Part shown: piece by piece, positions 1-9,746 of the stretch
Layout: the number at the start of each line of letters is the position of its first letter
How positions within the stretch are numbered: the first letter of the stretch is position 1
Assembly (NCBI GenBank): GCA_019058365.1
Contig: JAHPZE010000004.1
Span: 160,001-224,000, forward strand
DNA: 64,000 bases
Direction of reading: 5' to 3'
DNA from: Promethearchaeota archaeon
Lineage (GTDB): Archaea > Asgardarchaeota > Lokiarchaeia > Sigyniarchaeales > SOKP01
The notes under the pieces: generated by a model
What the model saw: only the letters and a program-made list of their open reading frames with translations
Database searches by the model: none
Told to the model about the DNA's origin: nothing
Position numbers and translations under genes: made by a program

Positions 1-12
1 ATATATTTATTT

Positions 13-3000
13 TCATATTTTTATTGGCAATTTTATTGTAAATGTACTACCTTTATCCCTCCCAGCAGATTTTGCCCAAATCTGGCCTTCGTGAAGATCT
101 ATTATTTCTTTTGATATATATAATCCAAGTCCAGTTCCTTGAATATCAATATGTTCTAAACCATTTCCGTATCTCTCTATCTTACCAAATCTAGTAAATA
201 ATTTATTTATTTCTTCTTTAGTTAGACCAATTCCATTATCGCTTATTAGTAATTCTGCATAATCATTTTTTTTTAGAGCTTTTACAATAATTTTTCCATT
301 AGGAGGCGTATTTTTTATTGCATTTGATAAAAGATTTAGTATTACTTGTTCAATTCTTATTTTATCAAATTCTAAAAATAAATCATCCATAAGGTCAAGT
401 TCCAAATTTAATTCTCGTTTTTTTATGAGATACATTAACTCTTTGGTACAATCTCTTATTATTTGACTGAAGTTATTTGTATCCTTCTTTAATTCTAATT
501 TTTTGTATTCTATTCTTGTAATATCAACCAAATTATCAACTAAATATTTTAATCTTTTACCTCCTTTTTCGATCATTTCAAGAAGTTCTTTTGTATCACC
601 TTTAAATTCTTCTACACATAAATCTAAAAGAAGTTCAGAGGCACCACAAACAGATACTAGGGGAGTTTTAAGTTCATGCGAAATTCTTGATATTAAATCC
701 GTCCTAATCTGATCTAACTCTTTTAATTTTACAAATTCTTCTTCGATAAGAAGATCTGCCTTTCGTTGCTCAGTAATATCATTTATAATTGTTTGCAGTA
801 AGATATCATCGCCTAATTTTACTAAAGTAGATTGATATCTAATCCAAATTGATTGTCCATCCTTCTTATATAACTCCATCTCCAATGACGATAAAATCTC
901 ACCTTTTAAGACTTTTTGGAATCGTTTAAGTAATATTGGTACATATTTCGTATTAATTGCGGGAAGATTTTTAAATTCAATGCCAATTAATTCATCCCTC
1001 CTATAATCAATTAACTTCTCAAGGGCGGGATTACAATAAATAAGTGTTCCTTGCTGGTCAATTAGAACAATTGAAAATGGTACAGATTCAATTAAATTCC
1101 GATATCTTTCTTCAGATTCTTTTAACTTTTGCTCCGCAATTTTTCTATTTGTAATATCATTAATGAATGCAAATGAGCCCTTGAATTCTCCATTTTCATT
1201 CAAAATTGGAGCAGCATTTATACTTGTGCTTAATAGAGTTCCATCTTTTTTTATAAAATCAAGTTCATAGGTATCTTTAAAACCCTTCTCCCGTCGTTCT
1301 CGATAACTAGTTATTAAATCGATCATTGAGTCTTCTAAAAAAAAAAATAAATTTTTACCCATTATCTCGTCTCGAGTATATCCAAGCATTTCACATATTT
1401 TTGGATTAACGAAGATTGTATCATCATTTTCATCCACTGCCCACACACCTTCTTGAGCATTCTCTACTAAGTTCCTGTACTCTTCTTCAGATTCTTTCAA
1501 TTTCTGCTGGGCTTCTTTTTGTGCTGAAATATCCATTAATATAATTTGTATAAAAGGTTTTTTTCCAATTATTATTCTTGAGGTTGTAGCATAACACCAT
1601 ATTATTCCACCTATTGTTTGATGGATTGGAAATTCAAAATTTATTGTTTTTCCATTCTTAATAATTTCAGTAAATATATTGTTAAATAAAGCAATTAGAG
1701 GTTTATCTTTCTCATGATAAGACCAAAATTCTCTATAATTTTTTCTAATATAATCTTCCAATGTGTGGGTTGAAAGTAAATTACTTGTAGCACTATTGCA
1801 ATCAATTAAATTGCCTTCTAAATCAAATAGTCCAATGGGGTAAGGAGTTTTATTAAATAATTGATAGTATTTTTGTTCTGATTCCTTTAACATTTTTTCT
1901 GTCAAAATACGAACTGTAATATCACGAACAATACCTTGTATTAAATGTTTCCCACCCACATCAATTAAACTTGATGATACTTCGGCTAGGAATATTTTCC
2001 CATTTTTCTTTTTAAAACTAATTTCAAATCTTATAATTCCTTTTTTTGAAATTTCTTTAAAAGCTCTTTTTGATTTTTCGAGTTCACCTATTGGGTGAAG
2101 ATCGGAAATTTTTAATTTTAATATCTCTGATCTTGTATACCCAAATTGTTCTAAAGCTCTATGATTAACATCTATAATATTCCCCTCTAAATCATGAAGA
2201 AAAATTGCATCATTTGAATAATGGAAGAGAGCACTATATTTTTCTTCAGATTCCATTAATTTTGTTTCCTCTTTTTTACGTTTTGTTATATCTCTTGCTA
2301 TAATTAGAAATTTTGAATTTCTATCTTTGTCTTTATAAATTGATCCATTATTTCCTGTCCAAATATAATACCCCTCTTTATGTCTAATTCTCACCTCTGC
2401 AAAAGCTTCACCCTTTTCTGTAGCCTCTTTAAATGTCTGAAATACTTTCTCACGATCATCTGGATGAATAAAATTAATAGCATTTTTCCCTATTAGTTCT
2501 TCCTTTTTATATCCAATTATTTTATTATGCACTTTTTCGTTAACATATTCAAAATTCATATTCATATTAATGATCGAAATTAAATCCATAGCATTTTCAG
2601 ATATGAAACGATACTTTTCTTCAGATTCTCTTAATTCCTGAGTCCTTAGATTCACTAGCTTTCCTAATTCGTATCTAAATTTTTCTTCCTCTTCTTTTCT
2701 CTTAGTGACGTCACGAAATATCCCATAAAATCCGACCTTATTTCCTTTAGAATCAAATTTTAAATATACAGAAGTTTCACCAATAATTTTTTCTCCAGTT
2801 TTATTCCTAAATTGATATTCAAAATCAGTTAAAGGTTCACCCGTTTTATAAACTGTATTAAAACCTTCAAACACATTTTTTCTATTTGCTTCATCCACAA
2901 TAAATTTATAATTTAAACCAAATAATTCTTCTTTCGAATATCCAGTAATTTTGCATAATGATTCGTTAAAGTACGTAAAATTACCTTTCAAATCAACTTC

Positions 3001-3060
3001 AAAGTAGCATTCTTTAATGCTCTCAATTACTTGTACAAATTTATCTTTAGAAAACTCCAC
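13..3060 (-). CDS. Multi-PAS (about 6 PAS domains) sensor histidine kinase, soluble
   Basis: Repeated PAS/PAC units joined by LxESEExY linkers; HisKA H-box ISHELKTPL; HATPase boxes NLLSNAIK, DNGIG, GTGLGL; no TM segment. Confidence 0.95.
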   Translation of the reverse strand: MEFSKDKFVQVIESIKECYFEVDLKGNFTYFNESLCKITGYSKEELFGLNYKFIVDEANRKNVFEGFNTVYKTGEPLTDFEYQFRNKTGEKIIGETSVYLKFDSKGNKVGFYGIFRDVTKRKEEEEKFRYELGKLVNLRTQELRESEEKYRFISENAMDLISIINMNMNFEYVNEKVHNKIIGYKKEELIGKNAINFIHPDDREKVFQTFKEATEKGEAFAEVRIRHKEGYYIWTGNNGSIYKDKDRNSKFLIIARDITKRKKEETKLMESEEKYSALFHYSNDAIFLHDLEGNIIDVNHRALEQFGYTRSEILKLKISDLHPIGELEKSKRAFKEISKKGIIRFEISFKKKNGKIFLAEVSSSLIDVGGKHLIQGIVRDITVRILTEKMLKESEQKYYQLFNKTPYPIGLFDLEGNLIDCNSATSNLLSTHTLEDYIRKNYREFWSYHEKDKPLIALFNNIFTEIIKNGKTINFEFPIHQTIGGIIWCYATTSRIIIGKKPFIQIILMDISAQKEAQQKLKESEEEYRNLVENAQEGVWAVDENDDTIFVNPKICEMLGYTRDEIMGKNLFFFLEDSMIDLITSYRERREKGFKDTYELDFIKKDGTLLSTSINAAPILNENGEFKGSFAFINDITNRKIAEQKLKESEERYRNLIESVPFSIVLIDQQGTLIYCNPALEKLIDYRRDELIGIEFKNLPAINTKYVPILLKRFQKVLKGEILSSLEMELYKKDGQSIWIRYQSTLVKLGDDILLQTIINDITEQRKADLLIEEEFVKLKELDQIRTDLISRISHELKTPLVSVCGASELLLDLCVEEFKGDTKELLEMIEKGGKRLKYLVDNLVDITRIEYKKLELKKDTNNFSQIIRDCTKELMYLIKKRELNLELDLMDDLFLEFDKIRIEQVILNLLSNAIKNTPPNGKIIVKALKKNDYAELLISDNGIGLTKEEINKLFTRFGKIERYGNGLEHIDIQGTGLGLYISKEIIDLHEGQIWAKSAGRDKGSTFTIKLPIKI

Positions 3061-3369
3061 TTTTGGCTTAACCGGCTATTTTGTTATTATTCCTAAAAAA
3101 CATTAATCTTCAGAAGATATGCTAAAAAGCTTAAAGAGTATTTATTTTTTTTATAAGATTAATGAAATATTAAGTATTTATTTTTTATTTAAAAGTAAAT
3201 ATTATCTTTTATTTAGTATTCCTTACTTGTGTTAATAATTTTAATGTCATTTTTAACGAGCTAAGTGGTATTTGCCTTATAGTTTTATATTTATAAATGA
3301 AAAGAATTAAAAACTTATCTGCGTTTGATTTCATACAGAATCTAACTTATAACTGTTTTTGATGTATAA

Positions 3370-3669
3370 ATGACAGACTCAAAAAAAGATTATCAAAAAA
3401 TATTAAGCTCAGTTCAAAAACCAGTAATTGGGGAAGCTGGTGAAACTGGAACTTGGAGTCCAAAAAAACCTATAATCGATTTAAATAAATGCATTCCAGT
3501 TAAATCTGGAAAACCTAGCTGCTTTAATTGTTGGCTCTATTGCCCAGAGGCTGTTGTAACGAGAACAATTCCCCCTCGAATTGATTTAGTATATTGTAAG
3601 GGATGTGGAATTTGTATGGAAGAATGTCCAGTAAAAGCTATAACAATGGAGGAGGCGAAAACTGAATGA
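3370..3669 (+). CDS. porD: Pyruvate/2-oxoacid:ferredoxin oxidoreductase delta subunit (2x4Fe-4S)
   Basis: TGTW..KPIIDLNKC, CFNCWLYCPE, CKGCGICMEECP; overlaps the alpha subunit start. Confidence 0.9.
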   Translation: MTDSKKDYQKILSSVQKPVIGEAGETGTWSPKKPIIDLNKCIPVKSGKPSCFNCWLYCPEAVVTRTIPPRIDLVYCKGCGICMEECPVKAITMEEAKTE

Positions 3670-4958
3670 CAGTGATTAACGAAAAAAAGAATATTATTGA
3701 TGAGAATATAATACTTTTAACCGGAAATCATGCAGCTGCCCATGCCTTTAGACAAGCTAAAGTTGGGGTTATTTCTGCTTATCCAATTACACCTCAAAGC
3801 CCTGTGGTTGAAAAAATTGCTGAATTTATACATGAAGGAAAATTAAAAGCTAATTTTGTAAAAGTAGAATCTGAACATTCCGCGTTAGCAGTATGTTGTG
3901 CTGCTTCAGCTACAGGCTCGAGAGTTGGGACAGCAACATCTGCTCATGGTTTAGAATTAATGTATGAAATGTTACCTTGGGCAGCAGGAAATAGACTACC
4001 TATCATAATTAATCTCGCAACAAGATCGCTTGGAGCACCATGGTCAGTCTGGACTGACCATTCTGATTTTATAACAATTAGAGATGTTGGGTGGATTCAA
4101 TTTATGTGTGAAAATAATCAAGAAATCTATGATACAAATCTTCAAGCATTTAAAATTGCTGAAGATCCTCGTGTATTTCTACCCGCAATAGTTGCTTATG
4201 ATGGTTATATACTAAGCCATACAATGATGCCTGTTAAATTAGAAAATCAACAAATGATTGATGAATTTTTACCACCTCTTAAACATCATATTAATTTATC
4301 TAACATATCACAAGTAAAAGGAATTGATCCAGTAACCACACCTCACATTATTAAACGAGCAGAAGGAACAGTTCCCGGTTATTATGAATATAGATATGCC
4401 CTTCAAAAATCATTAGAGAATTCAATTGATATCATTAAAGAGGTTCATGATGAATTTGCTAGAAAATTTGGGAGATCTTATGGAAACGGGATATATAAAA
4501 CAGTTCAAACTCAAGATGCTGATACAATCATTTTTGCTATGGGATCAGTTGCATCTCAAGCTCGAGTTGCTATAAAAAAACTAAGAGCAGAAGGATTAAA
4601 GATTGGAATAGTAAGTCTTAGACTATTTAGACCATATCCATGGGAGGAATTGAGAGAGTTTTTCAAAGATAAAGAAAACATCATAGTATTTGATAGAGAT
4701 ATTGGATATGGATATGAGGGAGTCTTATCTTATGAATTAAAATCTGCGCTTTACAGTATTAAAAATCCTCCAAGAATCAAGGGATTCATTGTTGGTTTAG
4801 GTGGTAGAGATGTAAAAACAGAGCATATAATTAATGGTGTTCATAAAGCTTTGGATGAATTCAAAAAAGGGATTTTTACTAATAAAACTGATTTTTTAGG
4901 ATTAAACTTAGAGGAATTAAGAGACTATGACGAATCAACATATTTTAGAGGAGGATGA
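3666..4958 (+). CDS. porA: Pyruvate/2-oxoacid:ferredoxin oxidoreductase alpha subunit
   Basis: GNHAAA, AYPITPQS, VESEHSA, TATSAHGL, GLGGRD motifs. Confidence 0.93.
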   Translation: MTVINEKKNIIDENIILLTGNHAAAHAFRQAKVGVISAYPITPQSPVVEKIAEFIHEGKLKANFVKVESEHSALAVCCAASATGSRVGTATSAHGLELMYEMLPWAAGNRLPIIINLATRSLGAPWSVWTDHSDFITIRDVGWIQFMCENNQEIYDTNLQAFKIAEDPRVFLPAIVAYDGYILSHTMMPVKLENQQMIDEFLPPLKHHINLSNISQVKGIDPVTTPHIIKRAEGTVPGYYEYRYALQKSLENSIDIIKEVHDEFARKFGRSYGNGIYKTVQTQDADTIIFAMGSVASQARVAIKKLRAEGLKIGIVSLRLFRPYPWEELREFFKDKENIIVFDRDIGYGYEGVLSYELKSALYSIKNPPRIKGFIVGLGGRDVKTEHIINGVHKALDEFKKGIFTNKTDFLGLNLEELRDYDESTYFRGG

Positions 4959-4964
4959 GATCAT

Positions 4965-5864
4965 ATGGTGAGTGTTATGGATCTTCCCGAAGAAGAATTT
5001 ATTTTTCCAGGCACTCGTGCTTGTGCGGGTTGCGGGATGGCGTTGATCTATAGAATTGCACTTAAAGCTTTAGGACCTAAAACAATTATAACTGTTCCTG
5101 CATCTTGTTTAACAGTATTACATGGGATGCAAGGATTTTGCTCTACGAAAATTTCTGTTTATCACACACCGTTTGCGACAACAGGAGCTTCAGCATCTGG
5201 AATATTAGCATCATTAGAAGATAAAGGTTTAGCAGATGAAATTACGGTTCTTGCTTTTGCAGGAGATGGAGGTACAACTGATATAGGCATACAAGCTCTA
5301 AGTGGTGCAGCAGAAAGAGAAACTAATTTTATTTATGCATGTTATGATAATGAAGCGTATATGAATACAGGTGTTCAAAGAAGTGGGTCAACTCCACTAG
5401 GAGTTCAAACGACAACGACTCCTGAAGGAAAATTAGGTCATAAAAAAAATATGCCGAAAATATTAGAAGCCCATGGAATTCCCTATGTAGCTACAGGTAA
5501 TGCCGCATACCCACTTGATTTATTTGAGAAATTTAAAAAGGCTAAAGATATAAAGGGATCAAAATATATTCATATTCTATCACCTTGTCCTCCCGGTTGG
5601 GGATATGAACCAAAAGATACTATTTTAATTGGAAGATTAGCAAATGAAACGGGATTTTGGCCTCTCTATGAAGTTGTTAATGGACTATTTGAATTATCAA
5701 AATCAAGTAAAAGATATTTGGACTCATCAAAGCGGAAACCAATATCGGAATATTTGAAAGTTCAAAAAAGATTTAAATCTATTGATGAAAAGACAGTAAA
5801 AATATATGAAACTTATATCTCTAATATGTGGAAAGAAATACAAAAAAGACTTAAAACCACTTAA
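4965..5864 (+). CDS. porB: Pyruvate/2-oxoacid:ferredoxin oxidoreductase beta subunit (TPP-binding)
   Basis: ACAGCG, GDGGT.DIG, DNEAYMNTGVQRS, SPCPPGW. Confidence 0.93.
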   Translation: MVSVMDLPEEEFIFPGTRACAGCGMALIYRIALKALGPKTIITVPASCLTVLHGMQGFCSTKISVYHTPFATTGASASGILASLEDKGLADEITVLAFAGDGGTTDIGIQALSGAAERETNFIYACYDNEAYMNTGVQRSGSTPLGVQTTTTPEGKLGHKKNMPKILEAHGIPYVATGNAAYPLDLFEKFKKAKDIKGSKYIHILSPCPPGWGYEPKDTILIGRLANETGFWPLYEVVNGLFELSKSSKRYLDSSKRKPISEYLKVQKRFKSIDEKTVKIYETYISNMWKEIQKRLKTT

Positions 5865-5971
5865 AACTAAAAAGAATTTTCAATCCTAAATCTATATTTT
5901 TCTGAGTTTTTGTATAAGCTATTTTTAGAAAAAAATAAAAACTTATTTTAGATAAGATAATAAGATAAATA

Positions 5972-6754
5972 ATGCTGAGAACATTCATATATGATGACTC
6001 TAAATCTCAATGGATTGAAGAAGAAAATCGTTTCTTATCATATGATATCTTTGCAATTTTGGATGAAGAAAAAGAAATCATCTATCTTTGGAGTGGTCCA
6101 AAAAGTAATAAAGCTAAATTTCGGAAAGGATATAGTCAAATTAAAGAATTCATATATAACTTCCCCGCTTTAAAAATCCAGATTGTTATGGCACAAAAGA
6201 ATTTTCCCGATGAGATACAAAATAAGCTTGGAGCGTTATTAGAATCTATAAAATTGGGAAAGGATAGAATTTTGAGATTTAGCAGATTTACAACAATACG
6301 TATATACAGCATTTCAATAATTGCTATCATAATTTTGCCTATTTTATCTTTTTTAAATTTAATTACATCTTTATTTTGGACAGTATATAATGAAAACTAT
6401 CAAGTAACTAATACAATATACAATATTTGGATTAATAATTCGAAAATTTTAACAATTATTTCACTCATTTTCTTTTCTATTAATATAGTATTAGGAGTAG
6501 TTGAAAATGAAAGTCAAGTTATTATATTTTCTTTAATCGGTGTAATTATTTCTGTTGGATTAATATTATATTTAAACCAAGGGATTTTTTTATTTTTATT
6601 TCAAGCAGGATCAACCTTAACTAATTATTTAATCTCACAAAAAGATCTTATCATCTTCTTACTGTTAAATTTAAGTGCAATACTGATTTTTGAAATTCCA
6701 AATATATATAAACTAATATCTTTTTTCAAAACCTATAGAAAATTCATTTTTTAG
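5972..6754 (+). CDS. Gelsolin-like domain fused to about 4 transmembrane helices
   Basis: N-terminal FLSYDIFAILDEEKEIIYLWSGPKS resembles the gelsolin-repeat core (L..gDvfilD....iyvW.G..s); C-terminal half has four long hydrophobic segments. Confidence 0.65.
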   Translation: MLRTFIYDDSKSQWIEEENRFLSYDIFAILDEEKEIIYLWSGPKSNKAKFRKGYSQIKEFIYNFPALKIQIVMAQKNFPDEIQNKLGALLESIKLGKDRILRFSRFTTIRIYSISIIAIIILPILSFLNLITSLFWTVYNENYQVTNTIYNIWINNSKILTIISLIFFSINIVLGVVENESQVIIFSLIGVIISVGLILYLNQGIFLFLFQAGSTLTNYLISQKDLIIFLLLNLSAILIFEIPNIYKLISFFKTYRKFIF

Positions 6755-6765
6755 CTGAAAAAAGT

Positions 6766-7644
6766 GTGGAAGTAGCAAAGCTTCTTACTAAAATAGATAA
6801 GGAAGATCTCAGAATACTTATGGCAATTGAAATTGGAATGAAGAGATCAGAATTTGTAACAGTAAATAATATTAAATTTTATTCAAGATATAAGATGGAA
6901 GAGACTCTCTTTCGGCTGAAAAAGGTTCATAAACTTGGTTTAATAATTAGAGATTCCTCCAAGCATGAAATTGCTTACACACTTAATTCTAAGGCATATG
7001 ATTTACTTGCTTTACATGCCTTAGTTGAAAAAAATATAATTAGTCAATTAGGGCCTCTAATAGGTAAAGGCAAAGAATCAGATGTATATGGTTGTATGGA
7101 TGATAATGGAAATGTTTATGCTGCTAAATTTTATCGTATGGGGAGAACAAGCTTTAAAAATATCAAACAATTAAGAGACATTATTGGAGAAAGAGGACAC
7201 CTCTCTTGGCTTTATGTAAATAGACTTGCTGCCAAAAGAGAGTATGAAGCTCTTGAAAAAATATATGAACTCAAATTGAGTACTCCAAAACCAATAGGAT
7301 ATAACAGACATATAATCATTATGTCATATTTGAGAGGAAAAGAATTAATTTACATAAAAAATATTAAAAATCCTTTGAAAATTTTCAAAAGAATTATAAA
7401 GCAACTTAAAATAATCTATAAAAAAGGAAAAATGATACATGGAGATTTAGGGGAATTTAATATTGTTGTAGATGAAAAAGGAACCATTCTAATAATTGAT
7501 TGGTTGCAGTGGGTATCAACAGACCATCCTAATGCTAATTTACTTTTAGAAAGAGATATTGAAAACGTCTGTAACTATTTTCAAAAAAAATTTAATATTG
7601 AAAGTAATATAGACGAAATAATTAGTTCTTTTTATAAAAACTGA
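6766..7644 (+). CDS. rio2: RIO2-type serine/threonine kinase
   Basis: N-terminal wHTH, IGKGKESDVY, KFYRMGRTSF, IHGDLGEFNI, IIDWLQ. Confidence 0.93.
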   Translation: MEVAKLLTKIDKEDLRILMAIEIGMKRSEFVTVNNIKFYSRYKMEETLFRLKKVHKLGLIIRDSSKHEIAYTLNSKAYDLLALHALVEKNIISQLGPLIGKGKESDVYGCMDDNGNVYAAKFYRMGRTSFKNIKQLRDIIGERGHLSWLYVNRLAAKREYEALEKIYELKLSTPKPIGYNRHIIIMSYLRGKELIYIKNIKNPLKIFKRIIKQLKIIYKKGKMIHGDLGEFNIVVDEKGTILIIDWLQWVSTDHPNANLLLERDIENVCNYFQKKFNIESNIDEIISSFYKN

Positions 7645-7646
7645 AT

Positions 7647-8270
7647 TTAATTTAATTGATCTTTTAATAACTTTCCTTGAATTATAAAATCTTCTAGATT
7701 TTCTTTTTCTATTACTTTTATTTCTTTAATCTCGGGTTTTAATATTTTTAATAACAGTTCCAATTCTAATTTTTTCTTTAATATTGAAAAATTATAATCA
7801 GCATTATTTTTACTTACCCTAAACGATTCTGTGATTCCAATTTGAATATGAGGTAAATTTTGGAAAGAAGTAAGTGAAAAAGTTGAATCAAAGATATTCT
7901 CTCTGAAAGGTAAATGTTCCATATCTGACAAAATCAAATTTAAAGCATACTTCTTACAATTATAATTAATAACCTTGGATTTGAATCTTAATAACATATT
8001 ACAAGAGATATCTACTGCTACGTAGTTAAACTTTATTTCTCCTTGCTTCTTTATTGATTTTGTAATATATTCAAAAAATAAACCAGTACCACACCCCATA
8101 TCTATAATAATTTTACCATTTGCTCTGTAGTTTTTTAATACAATTTCATATTTTTCTTCTTGTATTGCTTTATATCTTTTGTCATAAAAATGTGATGATG
8201 AGTTGTATTTTTCGATTATGCTTTTCTTTTTATTTTGATTTTTAGAGTGTTCTTCCACGATGATAACCAA
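7647..8270 (-). CDS. Class I SAM-dependent methyltransferase
   Basis: IIDMGCGTG, VAVDIS, DMEHLPFRENIFD. Confidence 0.88.
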   Translation of the reverse strand: MVIIVEEHSKNQNKKKSIIEKYNSSSHFYDKRYKAIQEEKYEIVLKNYRANGKIIIDMGCGTGLFFEYITKSIKKQGEIKFNYVAVDISCNMLLRFKSKVINYNCKKYALNLILSDMEHLPFRENIFDSTFSLTSFQNLPHIQIGITESFRVSKNNADYNFSILKKKLELELLLKILKPEIKEIKVIEKENLEDFIIQGKLLKDQLN

Positions 8271-8382
8271 ATAAATTTTAGCTCTTGTTTTTAATGTCGT
8301 AAGGTTTTAATTCAAAAAATTCTATCTTTAAATTATCTTTTTAATATATATTATAATAATTGTTTTGATATAAGAATTAAAA

Positions 8383-8646
8383 ATGTCAAGTAAAAATAAT
8401 AATCAACAGAGATCTAAAAATCCTTTACAAATATTACAAAATAGTCAAGGTTCTATAATTTTGCTCAGATTAAAAGATGGGACAGAATATAGGGGACTAT
8501 TAAAGGAAATCGACGCTTACATGAACATGATTTTAGAAGACGCAACCGAACTTTTAGAAGGGACGCCTGTGGCTAAATACAATGAGATATTTATTCGGGG
8601 TAATAATCTCTTATTTATTAAACCAGACGCTTCTCAAATTACATAA
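8383..8646 (+). CDS. Sm-like (Lsm/SmAP) RNA-binding protein
   Basis: Sm1 LKDGTEYRGLLKEIDAYMNMILEDA and Sm2 IFIRGNNLLFI. Confidence 0.95.
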   Translation: MSSKNNNQQRSKNPLQILQNSQGSIILLRLKDGTEYRGLLKEIDAYMNMILEDATELLEGTPVAKYNEIFIRGNNLLFIKPDASQIT

Positions 8647-8729
8647 CTATTGTAGGGAATTTTTATTAGCTACCCCTTATGTTTAACATTAGATTTCCTA
8701 AATTAGTGAAATCATGATCTAGAATAGCT

Positions 8730-9635
8730 TTATAACCTCAATAATTTTGGAACTACTTCTTTATTTCTAATTATTGCATAAGATGCCGAATTTGGGGTAT
8801 AAGATCCTAGATAATTTGCTGATGAAAATATAGATAGCAATCTATTATTAAAAAACCATCGATATCCCTCAGGAAAGCATTCATGTGCTCTAATTAGGTA
8901 TTTAAGATTGTTATATCTCATAAAATTCTCAAAAACATCATCTCCGAAAAATTTAATCCCTGGACCTCTAAAATTGTCGGAAAAACCTTCTAATCCAGAT
9001 TTAGGATCATTCCACATGATTTGATAAATCCCTTGTTCATTTGAATTGTATATTTCTCTAAAATTCTTGCATTTTTGACCTTGTAGTTTCTTTAAAATAT
9101 CATTGTCTTCTGGAATCCCTCCATGTAGACATAACACTTCTCTATTAATTAATGCACATATCGGTAATACATTATAAATACTTAAAATTTCACTGAATTT
9201 GCTGTGATCATCGAATCTTGAAATAAAATCTTGAAAGAAACCGTAGTATTTATTTATTTCTAAAGTTTCATGATTTCCTCTTAATAAATAATATTTTAAA
9301 GGGTAAAGAATCTTCAACGCTAAAACGATTAATAAACATTCAAATTGCTTTGGTCCACGATCGACAATATCTCCTAAAAAGATGACTATTTTCGGGTTAT
9401 TATGATTAATAATTTCAATTATTCTCTTTAATGTCGCCAAATTTCCATGAATATCCCCTATTACATAAACTTCTTCATTAATTTCTTTAAAACTAAACTC
9501 TAAGAGTAAATTTTCTTGTTCTAAAATATTTTTAACTGTTTTTAAGATATTCGAAATAACATCAAATTTTAGAGAAGAGATTTTCTGCGGTTGGTTTATT
9601 AAATCATATAAAACTGAATTTTCAATTAAATTCAA
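8730..9635 (-). CDS. PPP-family Ser/Thr protein phosphatase (PP1/PP2A-like)
   Basis: GDIHG, GDIVDRG, LRGNHE, CLHGG, MWNDP, IRAHE, SIFSSANY. Confidence 0.93.
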   Translation of the reverse strand: MNLIENSVLYDLINQPQKISSLKFDVISNILKTVKNILEQENLLLEFSFKEINEEVYVIGDIHGNLATLKRIIEIINHNNPKIVIFLGDIVDRGPKQFECLLIVLALKILYPLKYYLLRGNHETLEINKYYGFFQDFISRFDDHSKFSEILSIYNVLPICALINREVLCLHGGIPEDNDILKKLQGQKCKNFREIYNSNEQGIYQIMWNDPKSGLEGFSDNFRGPGIKFFGDDVFENFMRYNNLKYLIRAHECFPEGYRWFFNNRLLSIFSSANYLGSYTPNSASYAIIRNKEVVPKLLRL

Positions 9636-9746
9636 AATTGATCTAATTGTTTTCCTTTAATTATCTTTTTAATAACTCTATTATTTTTATTATAGTTTCT
9701 TTTATTTTTATAAATAAAGGAATTTAAAATATATAGTTAAATTTCA

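Noticed and set aside
13-3060. Recurring nucleotide words (ttcttcagattc) in the kinase gene as a repeat element
   Set aside because: They encode the ESEE linkers between PAS domains
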